Below are positions 1 through 8,432 of a DNA stretch of 64,000 bases, one piece after another (position 1 is the first letter of the stretch; the number at the start of each line of letters is the position of its first letter). The stretch covers positions 1 to 64,000 of the IMG/VR virus record IMGVR_UViG_3300030329_006193; one strand, given 5' to 3'. Below the pieces are notes generated by a model that saw only the letters and a program-made list of their open reading frames with translations, had not been told where the DNA came from and ran no database searches. Position numbers and translations under genes: made by a program. Source of the DNA: a virus.

Positions 1-2
1 CT

Positions 3-50
3 AGTATACAGGACGTGTAGGTGGTGTCAAGGATTATTTTAGTAATTTTG
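3..50 (-). promoter_or_regulatory. sigma70-type promoter (TTGACA-N16-TATACT with AT-rich UP-like region) firing leftwards out of the window
   Basis: Minus strand reads caaaattactaaaataatcc-TTGACA(30..25)-16 nt-TATACT(8..3). It is intergenic, just after the stop of the 54..446 ORF. Confidence 0.7.
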
Positions 51-53
51 CTG

Positions 54-446
54 TCAAGATGTGTAATCTATAATCCGGGGGGGCTCGTCAAGCGCCGTAA
101 GTTCTCCGGTATCAAGATTGTAATTGGCGGTAATTTGGATGGACTCGGGCGGACCTTCCTCAAGCCACCGGGCCCTAAGTCCCGTGAACCCCAACTCTTC
201 CATAAATTCTGGCTTTAATTCAAAGAATCTTTCCGGGCTGCGGTAGCCATCTTCTTTGTGGCTAACATAGCTTGATGTGTCTATCTTGTCGAGAGGCACA
301 CCGGTCACATACGCCACCGGACGCGAGCGGTCGCCCCTGTGGTGACCTGCGGAGTATATTAGAAAGTCGTAGGTGCCACCAAGACCTTCCACTTCTTCCA
401 GTTCTTCTCTAATGATTTGCTTTAGTTTTGCTTTTGTTAGTTTCAT
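54..446 (-). CDS. leader-family protein (MKLTKAKLKQIIREEL), putative internal head/ejected protein
   Basis: 130-aa ORF with the N-terminal leader shared with five neighbours. Its TYDF...YxxxVP cargo resembles that of 1112..1873. Confidence 0.8.
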   Translation of the reverse strand: MKLTKAKLKQIIREELEEVEGLGGTYDFLIYSAGHHRGDRSRPVAYVTGVPLDKIDTSSYVSHKEDGYRSPERFFELKPEFMEELGFTGLRARWLEEGPPESIQITANYNLDTGELTALDEPPRIIDYTS

Positions 447-450
447 TTTA

Positions 451-1110
451 TTATGCCCTGGGTGCCTTGTCTTCGAGCGCCCTTAGGAGCGCCGATGCCG
501 GGTCGAGGCCGTCGGCGACGTACTTATCCACCAGCTTCACGCCATTTCCCAACTGGGAAACGAGGCCCGGATAGAGTCCCCGAAGCTCCTCTACCGCGTC
601 GGCGCCTGATGAGGCGAGTCCGGTCTTGAGGGGATATGCACCAGTGCGAGCATCAAATTTGTCCTTCCGGCGCCAATACCTTATTCCCGACTTGGTGTCG
701 ATTTCCTCGTCGTAGTACCTGGGATCGGGGTAATCATTTTCACTGGCGTCGAGCATCTGCTGTAATTGCTCTAGGCTCGGCTGACCACGATTCGGCTCAC
801 CGCCATAACTCCAAATTATTTTGGGCAAGTCAGCAGTATGTTCAACTTCCAGATTTGCCAGGTGCCTCGCCCTTTTCTTGAAGAACCTGTTCACATCATC
901 TGGACCAGCGATGTGGGGTTGGTCGGTGCCATAGAGGCGAGAGACTTTGTCAAAAAGTTCCAGAGCCTCGTCATCCGGATAAGGAGCCCCCTTAACAATG
1001 ATCTTTTCTTCTTCCCAGGCGCCCGGGTCCTGGGGACGAAGTCTTTTACTTCGCGCTTCGTTAAGCTCTTCCTTGATAATCTGTCGTAGCTTTGCTTTTG
1101 AAATCTTCAT
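451..1110 (-). CDS. leader-family protein (MKISKAKLRQIIKEEL), function unknown
   Basis: 219-aa ORF with the shared leader; GGAG RBS upstream (AAGGAGAATAAAATG). Confidence 0.8.
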   Translation of the reverse strand: MKISKAKLRQIIKEELNEARSKRLRPQDPGAWEEEKIIVKGAPYPDDEALELFDKVSRLYGTDQPHIAGPDDVNRFFKKRARHLANLEVEHTADLPKIIWSYGGEPNRGQPSLEQLQQMLDASENDYPDPRYYDEEIDTKSGIRYWRRKDKFDARTGAYPLKTGLASSGADAVEELRGLYPGLVSQLGNGVKLVDKYVADGLDPASALLRALEDKAPRA

Positions 1111-1114
1111 TTTA
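1063..1114. repeat. 52-bp direct repeat, copy 1 (leader-coding); copy 2 at 1577..1628
   Basis: aagctcttccttgataatctgtcgtagctttgcttttgaaatcttcatttta vs ...ctttggaaatc...: 51/52 identical. Confidence 0.9.
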
Positions 1115-1873
1115 TTCTCCTTTGCCGCGGCCGGTATAGCGGTGGTTGATTGTCATGATCAATTTTTGCTTCTGATTTTCATATTGCCTATCGGCATTTT
1201 TACTTGGATAGTCAGCGTTCTGGTACATACGCCAGAGGTACTCCATCCCGTCCAGGGCAGTGAGAATATCATCATAACTCGCTCCGGTAGGGTGGTCTCC
1301 TGCGGCAAAGTCGTGTACCTCGGCGTCGCTGCCGGGTTCTCCCTCTAGGGGGCGCACGGCGTGCTCGTAACGATCGAAGCCATATCTCTTCAGGAGTGAA
1401 GATTTTGGTTGTCGCTCGTCCTTGTAGCCCGAGAACTCCGTCGCAGACTTCGGTACATTCACTAAATAGAAAAGTGTCTCCCCGAGTTCGCCGCGACTGT
1501 CTGTCACGAAAACCTGAAAGTCGTAGGTTTCGTCGGAATCCGCATCTCTCGGGTCCCACTCCTCGTTAAGATTTCCAAGCTCTTCCTTGATAATCTGTCG
1601 TAGCTTTGCTTTGGAAATCTTCATTTTACTATTCTTTTTTTTAGACTCCTGTAAAGAGTTCATTATATCTATCAGCTCTTCAGAACTATAAACATCCCCC
1701 AAAGTCAGAGCTTCATACTCCGGATCACCTACGTCACCGACCACATCTCTCAGGGTAATGGCTTCAATGTCCACACTTCCCAAGTCGTCTCCCGTCACCC
1801 GAGCCGCTTGCAGTTCTGATGCAAGGTGGTCGCGGACATAGTGTTCGATCTCCTCTTTGTCGACGGGTTCCAT
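1112..1873 (-). CDS. leader-family protein with an internal leader copy (possible second start at 1624)
   Basis: 253-aa ORF: acidic 83-aa N-terminal region, then MKISKAKLRQIIKEEL beginning at ATG 1624. Confidence 0.75.
   Translation of the reverse strand: MEPVDKEEIEHYVRDHLASELQAARVTGDDLGSVDIEAITLRDVVGDVGDPEYEALTLGDVYSSEELIDIMNSLQESKKKNSKMKISKAKLRQIIKEELGNLNEEWDPRDADSDETYDFQVFVTDSRGELGETLFYLVNVPKSATEFSGYKDERQPKSSLLKRYGFDRYEHAVRPLEGEPGSDAEVHDFAAGDHPTGASYDDILTALDGMEYLWRMYQNADYPSKNADRQYENQKQKLIMTINHRYTGRGKGE
1577..1628. repeat. 52-bp direct repeat, copy 2 (leader-coding)
   Basis: 51/52 identical to 1063..1114. Confidence 0.9.
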
Positions 1874-1877
1874 TTTT

Positions 1878-2366
1878 TTATCCTAATCCTAGGCGCTGAG
1901 CTACCTGATAAGATGAGACTGCACCCTGCGCAGCTTTCTGAACCTGCTGGGGGCTAACCCTCTTCTGACGGAGTGCATCAGCAACCCGATTGCGAAGTCC
2001 ATGCATCTCTGCGTGCTTACCCAAAAGCTGGGTAGCCTGCTGATACGCCCTATCGCCTTGTCCCCAACCTTCTTGCATCGGAGCATACATCGGGTTGGCG
2101 AGGATGTGCTGAAGCGTGGCAAACATCGGAGCATCCAAACTCATGCTAAGGTCTTTTAACTCATCGCGAGTCATGTTGCCCAGAGCCTCTCTAGCCTTTA
2201 TAAGAATGAGAAGTCGCTCTTCAGGGGATCCGAATGCTCGGTCAATAACCTCCTCTTCCTCGGACGCAGCAATATCTTCGATACCAGCGCCTGGTCGCTC
2301 AGCGCCGCGCATGGCATCCAGCTCTTCCTTAATAATATCTTTTAGTCTTTGTTTGGTGATTTTCAT
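1878..2366 (-). CDS. leader-family protein (MKITKQRLKDIIKEEL)
   Basis: Start moved to ATG 2366, which overlaps the upstream TAA (TAATG coupling) and begins the leader. Confidence 0.8.
   Translation of the reverse strand: MKITKQRLKDIIKEELDAMRGAERPGAGIEDIAASEEEEVIDRAFGSPEERLLILIKAREALGNMTRDELKDLSMSLDAPMFATLQHILANPMYAPMQEGWGQGDRAYQQATQLLGKHAEMHGLRNRVADALRQKRVSPQQVQKAAQGAVSSYQVAQRLGLG
2338..2365. repeat. 28-bp exact direct repeat (leader-coding); copy 2 at 2703..2730
   Basis: tcttttagtctttgtttggtgattttca is present at both positions. Confidence 0.9.
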
Positions 2367-2731
2367 TACTTTCTCCATCTCCCTGTTCTCGCTCCATAGG
2401 CTAGCCTATCGATTTCTTTCTGTGAAGGGTCGCCTTTCAGACGTAAGGTTGCCGCGGGCTCGACTTCGGCAAGACCGTCGCCATCGGCTTTGAGGGCGCT
2501 TTGGCGATTCATCGCTTTGTCAATGCTACTATACTCGTGCGCGCCATCTCGGGGGCCAAACTTAGGGCGACCGCCGGAGTCGAGGCCGTGAAGGTAAGCC
2601 TCTTCGGCACCCTTTCCGGACATCCTCAATACAAACGGCCCATCTTCATCATCCATCATCAGAGCTTCGCGCTCATACTTGGTAAGTTCTTCCTTGATGA
2701 TCTCTTTTAGTCTTTGTTTGGTGATTTTCAC
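2366..2731 (-). CDS. leader-family protein (MKITKQRLKEIIKEEL)
   Basis: 121 aa; GTG start overlaps the upstream TGA (GTGA), with AGGAG RBS upstream. Confidence 0.8.
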   Translation of the reverse strand: MKITKQRLKEIIKEELTKYEREALMMDDEDGPFVLRMSGKGAEEAYLHGLDSGGRPKFGPRDGAHEYSSIDKAMNRQSALKADGDGLAEVEPAATLRLKGDPSQKEIDRLAYGARTGRWRK

Positions 2732-2979
2732 TTTAGTTCTCCTACCTTGCGCATTGCGGCGGCCACATACCCTTCGGGGTTTTTGATCTTGGGCTTATTT
2801 GTTTTGACCCACGCAACCTTCGCGTCGAAGGTGGGCTGAGACATCATGTCCTCTAATAGCCCCTTCTCAATGTCTTCTAGCAACTCGTCGCCCATCTGAC
2901 GTATCTCGTGAACCATCTTGTACCTCTTGTAGGTCTCTTCGTGGATGATCTGTTTTAAGCGGGCGCTTGAGATTTTCAT
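2728..2979 (-). CDS. leader-family protein (MKISSARLKQIIHEE)
   Basis: Start moved to ATG 2979, preceded by AGGAG-TTGAT; 83 aa with a divergent copy of the leader. Confidence 0.75.
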   Translation of the reverse strand: MKISSARLKQIIHEETYKRYKMVHEIRQMGDELLEDIEKGLLEDMMSQPTFDAKVAWVKTNKPKIKNPEGYVAAAMRKVGELK

Positions 2980-2987
2980 ATCAACTC

Positions 2988-3923
2988 CTATAACGACATC
3001 GTGAGTGTCAACAATAAATAGTTGTCCGGTGTTATAAGGGTCGCCTTTTCCAGGCATTTTCGGAAATGATCCTTTTTCATTGAGCCAACATCCTCGTTGT
3101 CTCCGATATCAACCTTCCAAACCTCAATATCAAAATCGAGCAACGTCTTTATAATCTCAAGCTCTTTCTTCTTCGCGTCAGGATCCAGAGCAACATAAAC
3201 TCCGGCATCCTCTTTTACGATCCTACGGAGCAAAACAGAGTTCTGATTTAGTGTAGATCCCAGAATGGGTACTGCGTTTCTGCCCGCGGTGATGGCATCG
3301 AAAACACCCTCCACCAGAATAATATCGGAACTCCAATCCACAAACAAATCATTGAAGACAATGTTCTTGCTCACTGGTGGGTTCTTGTACTTGGGATAGA
3401 ACTTCTTGTCGTAAGAGCGAGACACAAAATAGGTCAGATCGCCCTCTTCGTCAAATGACGGAATGATGATGCGCCCCTCATACTCGCCACTGGCGCAGTA
3501 TCCCATCTTCCACCACATGATATCTTTCTTGTCGATACCACGCTTGCGCAGATAGTTACGGGCCGCGAAACCGGTGGGGGGAACGTCTTTGCTGGCCAGA
3601 GAAACAAACCCCTCCGGCATCTCAACTACTTGTTTTTCTTCGACTTTCTCTTCGAAAAGATCTTCGAGCTTGTCGTATTCAACAGCGTCAGTAAACTCTC
3701 GCCACTGTCCTTTATCATGATTCGTACCGAATCTTCTAATAACACGGTAAATGTTCTTGCCACGCGTATCGCAGACCCAACACTTGTAGTAACCTTTGTC
3801 GATGTTAACAGAAAACTTGCGCTTGTGATGGTTGCAATAAGGGCAAGAAAATAAATATTCATTGTTGGATCTGTAAGCAGGTCCGAGAACATTAGTGAGA
3901 ATCTTGAGTTTCTTGGTTTTCAC
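2988..3923 (-). CDS. dnaG: DNA primase (Zn finger + Toprim)
   Basis: CPYC...CWVC zinc finger; RIIIP and YFVSR; Toprim ILVEGVFDAI and VALDPDA. Confidence 0.9.
   Translation of the reverse strand: MKTKKLKILTNVLGPAYRSNNEYLFSCPYCNHHKRKFSVNIDKGYYKCWVCDTRGKNIYRVIRRFGTNHDKGQWREFTDAVEYDKLEDLFEEKVEEKQVVEMPEGFVSLASKDVPPTGFAARNYLRKRGIDKKDIMWWKMGYCASGEYEGRIIIPSFDEEGDLTYFVSRSYDKKFYPKYKNPPVSKNIVFNDLFVDWSSDIILVEGVFDAITAGRNAVPILGSTLNQNSVLLRRIVKEDAGVYVALDPDAKKKELEIIKTLLDFDIEVWKVDIGDNEDVGSMKKDHFRKCLEKATLITPDNYLLLTLTMSL
3014..3022 (-). promoter_or_regulatory. candidate phage late-promoter motif ACTATTTAT
   Basis: Lies ~35 nt upstream of the first leader-family gene; the same 9-mer is intergenic at 8433..8441. 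Confidence 0.3.
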
Positions 3924-4425
3924 AGATAAGCCCAGCCTTTGCTACAACGTAACTGTCGGCTCGGTCAGCATAACCGGGGCGAGGATTACCTTGTCTAGTG
4001 TATTCTACATCAAAGTCGGGCACGTTGTCAATGATAAAATCCATGACAACCTTCTTTGCCTTCTGGCCGCGGGGGACCTTAATAGAGCAAAGCTTTCGCG
4101 CTTCCTGGGCCTTCAAGTACTTGGGCTCAAGGTCAAATAAATTATAGCATATCCACGACACAACGCCATTAAATTTTTGCAGCGCGGCCATCGTCGCGGC
4201 GGAAGAGCCGCCGGACTTGAAAAATAAAAACGGCTGCTCGATGTATACCGCGTGAATGGTGGCGTAGCTCGTGATGCGTGCGAGGGCATCCTCCACAAGT
4301 GCCACCTTCTTAAAGAAGTTCTTCTCTTTGCGCATATCCACATGGCCGCACTCTACAATTTTGCCTGTTTCATCTAGCAGAGTATAGCCTGTAATACTAG
4401 TGGAGACATCTATTCCTAAAATCAT
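3892..4425 (-). CDS. ruvC: RuvC-like Holliday junction resolvase
   Basis: MILGIDVSTSITGY, VYIEQP and DRADSYVVA supply the RNase H-fold acidic catalytic residues. Confidence 0.8.
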   Translation of the reverse strand: MILGIDVSTSITGYTLLDETGKIVECGHVDMRKEKNFFKKVALVEDALARITSYATIHAVYIEQPFLFFKSGGSSAATMAALQKFNGVVSWICYNLFDLEPKYLKAQEARKLCSIKVPRGQKAKKVVMDFIIDNVPDFDVEYTRQGNPRPGYADRADSYVVAKAGLICENQETQDSH

Positions 4426-4646
4426 TTATTCCTCTTTACTCCAAAGTCTATCTTATACCACACCCGCTCGTGAGCATAGTACAATATCATCTTTGTGACG
4501 ACCTCTAGAGAGCCAATGGTGAGCCCCACCGTCGGATCTCCGGATACAAGCCACCCAAGTGCAATCGTATCTAGGGTTCCTACGGTGCGCCACGTAAAGG
4601 TTTTCAACAGATGGCGCGAACGATTAATCGACGGTTTTGAGGTCAT
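4422..4646 (-). CDS. DUF2061-family small membrane protein
   Basis: RHLLKTFTWR...EVVTKMILYYAHERVW signature. Confidence 0.8.
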   Translation of the reverse strand: MTSKPSINRSRHLLKTFTWRTVGTLDTIALGWLVSGDPTVGLTIGSLEVVTKMILYYAHERVWYKIDFGVKRNK

Positions 4647-4872
4647 CTAAATCTCCTAGTCCTTCCAGGGCATAAATCGGCTTAATATCGGATTCTTCTA
4701 TTTTTATGCGAAACGAAACAGTCACTTTTTTCATCTCCCACTCTCCCGGGGCAATCGGTATTCGTTTATAAAAAACCACAGTATTCCCGGAGCGCTCGAT
4801 CCACAAAAAACTATTAATAGCGTCACGGATAGAGCGATATAACTCTCCAAGAATTTCATCCCGGAACGACAT
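4624..4872 (-). CDS. hypothetical protein
   Basis: 82-aa ORF in the tightly packed minus-strand run. Confidence 0.6.
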   Translation of the reverse strand: MSFRDEILGELYRSIRDAINSFLWIERSGNTVVFYKRIPIAPGEWEMKKVTVSFRIKIEESDIKPIYALEGLGDLDDLKTVD

Positions 4873-5052
4873 TTAGATCTTTTCGTTCATCGCCCACTTG
4901 GCAGAGTGTGCAAAAACATAATCATAATGTTCAGTGTCCTCTAAAACATTGTGAGCCCTCTGAAGAGCAATTTGCAACGTGTCCACCAAGGCTCGGAGGT
5001 CGGAGGCTTTTTTCTCCAGATCTCTAATCCGTCGTCGTGTTTCTTTATCCAA
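4873..5052 (-). CDS. small coiled-coil hypothetical protein (59 aa, not in the ORF track)
   Basis: TTG start after a GAGAGG RBS. Translates to MDKETRRRIRDLEKKASDLRALVDTLQIALQRAHNVLEDTEHYDYVFAHSAKWAMNEKI*; the TAA abuts the next ATG. Confidence 0.65.
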   Translation of the reverse strand: MDKETRRRIRDLEKKASDLRALVDTLQIALQRAHNVLEDTEHYDYVFAHSAKWAMNEKI

Positions 5053-5073
5053 TTGGGGCCTCTCTTCTCTAAG

Positions 5074-6330
5074 TTAGATATCGGTCTTAATTTTGACTGT
5101 AAAGCCTCTTTCGACCGTCTTTTTGACTGGCATTGCCAACTTAGCAATTCCAATAAGATTCTTTTCATCATCGTATATTCCCACCCGCGAAACATAGGTA
5201 GTTTTTTGAAATGAACCTGTGGGGTCATTATACGATGAGGATACAATATTTTTAATATGAATATTGGAATTTTCAAGGTAGGTCTTACTAGTGGCTGAAG
5301 CAAAGCTCCCCGTAGAGTACTCGCGGTAGGTGGGGTTGTTGGACTGATTAAGATCCCCCTTTGGTGCCTTTGCAAACATAGTAAGAGTTTGAGTTTCTTG
5401 AGTCCCGCTCATTTCCATGATAAAAGCAGACTGGGGTGCCCAGACCGACCCCGAGATGGACTGAGCATAGTAGATCCACTTAGGGTTGTCGGCTACCAGA
5501 AGATCACTAGTATTGCGATAGTACTTGTCTGTCTGCGCGACCGGACCTAGGCGATAGGAGGCTGTAAGAATTAGAATCCCTTCCCCATAGAGGGCAAAAC
5601 CCACCGCACTACCACTGCGGACCCCCGTAGTAGTATAAAGCACCCCATTACGCTTGGTGTCTTGGGCGCGTGCGAGGAGGGAACCTGTATAGTAGAATTT
5701 AAGATCAATAGTGCCAGGCTTGATGTTCGATCCATAGAAAATAGTAGGAACACTCACCAAACCCACCTCCACATCATCAAGGTCGCGACCACTAGTGGAA
5801 GAGGAGTAAACTATAAGAGGGTTGACATAAGTGTAGCTATTGATAGTATTCTTGAGCGCGCGCAAATGGGATACAAACCCGTTAGTGAGGGTAGGGTTAG
5901 CATTAAAGCGCGGCGTAGTACTTAAATACAGCTCCTTACTGATAGAAGAAGTGAGGGGGTAAGTGCCCTGGATGACATCTCCATAGTTGAGAGCATTGAA
6001 CGAGCCCTGGGTCGTTGAACGGAACCCAATGCTGGTACCGTTCTTTACCACCCAGGGATATATCAGTCCGTTGTCGATAGTAGTGGTGCCTGCAGGGCCG
6101 GCGGGGCCAATAAGCCTAGTGGACGACCCAAAATACTGCCTATCAACATTTAGTTCATAGAGAGAGATGTTTCCGGCATTGGTGCGCAAGATAGGGTCGC
6201 TATGGGCCCCAGAAAGATTTGGCCTGTTATTATAATAGGCTGAGCCACTATAAATTAAAAATTTAACACTCGGATACGTCTTTAACGTATTGTGGTAAAC
6301 GTCATTGGTGCTAAACTTGTAATAAGGCAT
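5074..6330 (-). CDS. virion structural protein (baseplate/tail-fibre collar-like C-terminus)
   Basis: C-terminal TYVSRVGIYDDEKNLIGIAKLAMPVKK; paralogous to 6349..7452. Confidence 0.65.
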   Translation of the reverse strand: MPYYKFSTNDVYHNTLKTYPSVKFLIYSGSAYYNNRPNLSGAHSDPILRTNAGNISLYELNVDRQYFGSSTRLIGPAGPAGTTTIDNGLIYPWVVKNGTSIGFRSTTQGSFNALNYGDVIQGTYPLTSSISKELYLSTTPRFNANPTLTNGFVSHLRALKNTINSYTYVNPLIVYSSSTSGRDLDDVEVGLVSVPTIFYGSNIKPGTIDLKFYYTGSLLARAQDTKRNGVLYTTTGVRSGSAVGFALYGEGILILTASYRLGPVAQTDKYYRNTSDLLVADNPKWIYYAQSISGSVWAPQSAFIMEMSGTQETQTLTMFAKAPKGDLNQSNNPTYREYSTGSFASATSKTYLENSNIHIKNIVSSSYNDPTGSFQKTTYVSRVGIYDDEKNLIGIAKLAMPVKKTVERGFTVKIKTDI

Positions 6331-6348
6331 GACATGACCGTTGAACCA

Positions 6349-7452
6349 TTAGTAATCGAGCCGGACTCGTAACGTAAACTCCGTAGTAGGATCTTTCTTG
6401 AGAGGCTCCGAAAGCTTCGCCACTGCTAACAACTCGTTATCCCCCGAATACAAGCCGACTGTTGTAACATAGGTCACCGGAAGATCATTAGCATTGTTCT
6501 TCACCACAAGTTTGCTACTACTCAGATAGGTCGGATTACCGGAGTAATTAAAGTCCGTATTATTTACTCGACAGAAGTACACCGAGGAGTTAAGCTCGGT
6601 CGTGTTGTTGAAAGAAATATTATTAATGCGATGACGTAGAGCGGTGCAGTTGGCATTAATGGTAGATCCGGTTAGGACGGCTTCCACACCATAGTTAGCA
6701 GCGCTGGAGCCATCCTTCAGCTGAACTGTGCCTCCTACGAGAGGGCCGAAGACTGAAGAGGTAATCACCGCAATACCCGCCTGATAATAAATCAGGCCGA
6801 CCTTTGGGTGACTTCCAGACAGGGGATCAGGGTTAAGCAGAGCGGAGTTGCCGCTGCCCGATGCACGCAGAATACCGTATTCCCCAGCAGGAGAGTTAAC
6901 TTTGTAGCTTGTCGAGCCACTGCCGTCAGTGATAAGAAGGCGCTGGCGGAAACCGCCGTTGGGGTAGGCTTGGCCGACGCCCAGCGTCAGTGAGAAGCTC
7001 CCCTTCTTAATCTCGTCTTTAGACAGGAGGCGAGTAAAGTTAAAGAAATAAGCTTCATCGATCTTAGTTCCCCCCGTAAAATCGCCATCGCTATCAAAAC
7101 GACGAATGGTATTTGTCTCATCATAGCCAACTAAAACCTGAGCCATCTCGTTATAGATATTGATCTTCTTGGGCTGCATATTGTAGTTTGCAGCGCTCGA
7201 CTGGGAGAGCCCGGACTGTGCAGCATATCCCACAGTAAGATCAAAAATATGGTTAGCCGAAGAACTCAGATAAGGATAATCATACACCGACTGAAACATT
7301 CCGTGGCTATAAGTTTTAATGTTGTATTCGGTCCCTCTCTTGTTGGTATATGTACCGGAGACAATGGTACCCGTAATGGGAATAGCCTCATGTAGGAGAT
7401 TCCGCGTAACAACTGAATCTTGGTCATTGAAAGTTTTATACGAAGTAGCCAT
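6349..7452 (-). CDS. virion structural protein (baseplate/tail-fibre collar-like C-terminus)
   Basis: C-terminal TYVTTVGLYSGDNELLAVAKLSEPLKK and NPTY motif shared with 5074..6330. Confidence 0.65.
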   Translation of the reverse strand: MATSYKTFNDQDSVVTRNLLHEAIPITGTIVSGTYTNKRGTEYNIKTYSHGMFQSVYDYPYLSSSANHIFDLTVGYAAQSGLSQSSAANYNMQPKKINIYNEMAQVLVGYDETNTIRRFDSDGDFTGGTKIDEAYFFNFTRLLSKDEIKKGSFSLTLGVGQAYPNGGFRQRLLITDGSGSTSYKVNSPAGEYGILRASGSGNSALLNPDPLSGSHPKVGLIYYQAGIAVITSSVFGPLVGGTVQLKDGSSAANYGVEAVLTGSTINANCTALRHRINNISFNNTTELNSSVYFCRVNNTDFNYSGNPTYLSSSKLVVKNNANDLPVTYVTTVGLYSGDNELLAVAKLSEPLKKDPTTEFTLRVRLDY

Positions 7453-7467
7453 TTTCTAATCCTTATC

Positions 7468-8415
7468 CTAATTCTTTTTCACTAAACGAATGGGTACGTC
7501 GAGTGTATATCCCGTCGAAACTCCGGAGATTCTCACCGTCGAATCAATAAATTTGTAAGTGCCAGCAGCAAGAGTAAGTGACCCCTCGCCAGTGATGGCA
7601 GTTGTACCCACGGTTCCCAGTTGCGTAAACAAGAAGCCCGAGGTCTTAGCATCCAAGCTGCTCCCAATTTTGAAAGATACCTTAGTTCCCCGGGGACCAC
7701 GAATGGATGAAGCATCTCCTTCGGGGATACGCGTCACTACATCAGACTCATCATTAAGAGTAAAGATATAGGTAGCAATGTTATCATCATCAATTGTGGT
7801 GGGGGTAAAGCTCAAAGAAGCATTAGTGTTGGCATCCGTCGTAGGAGAAGCAATAAAGCCCAAACGATTGTCCATCTGAATAAAATATTGGGTTTCAAGC
7901 AGGTCTTGATTAATAACACTGTTGGCCGAGAGTTCTAGGGTATCTAAACCCTGATCAACTCGAACCATCTTACTTCCCTGCTGGGGGATGTTGCCGTTGA
8001 GTTGGCCGGCAACAAGGGTATTGCCACCAGTTGACTTTAGAGCGTTAACCGTAGTCTCATCAACAAGAACCACATAATTCGTAAACTGAGAATTGAGGGC
8101 CGAGGCATCCTGATTGAATATCTTTACCACGGGCAAGTAAAGTAAGTCTTTTCGCGCCACTGAAAGTAATCGCGATTTCATGCTCGACATATTGTTTGTA
8201 AAGGCTTCTAGGACGGGGGTCTGAAGAATATTAATATCATAGTACGCCGATCCGCTCGTGTTATTCTTGTCATAAAGAGCGTAGTCAATCTCGTCGTCAG
8301 CTAATGCAAACTTGGAAACCTTAAAGCTTCCATTTCCTTCTGCGAGCCTTTTGCGCCCCAAATCAGTCAAAACGGCGTCCAAAATAATGTCGCCCGAATT
8401 ATCTAGAAATCCCAT
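7468..8415 (-). CDS. virion structural protein (collar-like N-terminus)
   Basis: LDAVLTDLGRKRLAEG...FALADDEIDY; paralogous N-terminus to 14005..14988. Confidence 0.6.
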   Translation of the reverse strand: MGFLDNSGDIILDAVLTDLGRKRLAEGNGSFKVSKFALADDEIDYALYDKNNTSGSAYYDINILQTPVLEAFTNNMSSMKSRLLSVARKDLLYLPVVKIFNQDASALNSQFTNYVVLVDETTVNALKSTGGNTLVAGQLNGNIPQQGSKMVRVDQGLDTLELSANSVINQDLLETQYFIQMDNRLGFIASPTTDANTNASLSFTPTTIDDDNIATYIFTLNDESDVVTRIPEGDASSIRGPRGTKVSFKIGSSLDAKTSGFLFTQLGTVGTTAITGEGSLTLAAGTYKFIDSTVRISGVSTGYTLDVPIRLVKKN

Positions 8416-8432
8416 AATAGTGTCCTCTTCAT

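Noticed and set aside
1063-2730. Direct repeats as a CRISPR array or att sites
   Set aside because: They are in-frame coding sequence for the shared leader, are spaced by hundreds of bp, and no integrase is present.
3009-3025. 17-bp exact match caacaataaatagttgt, also at 14311..14327
   Set aside because: Both copies encode NYLLL in unrelated genes. One AT-rich 17-mer pair in 64 kb is plausible by chance, beyond the shared 9-mer already noted.
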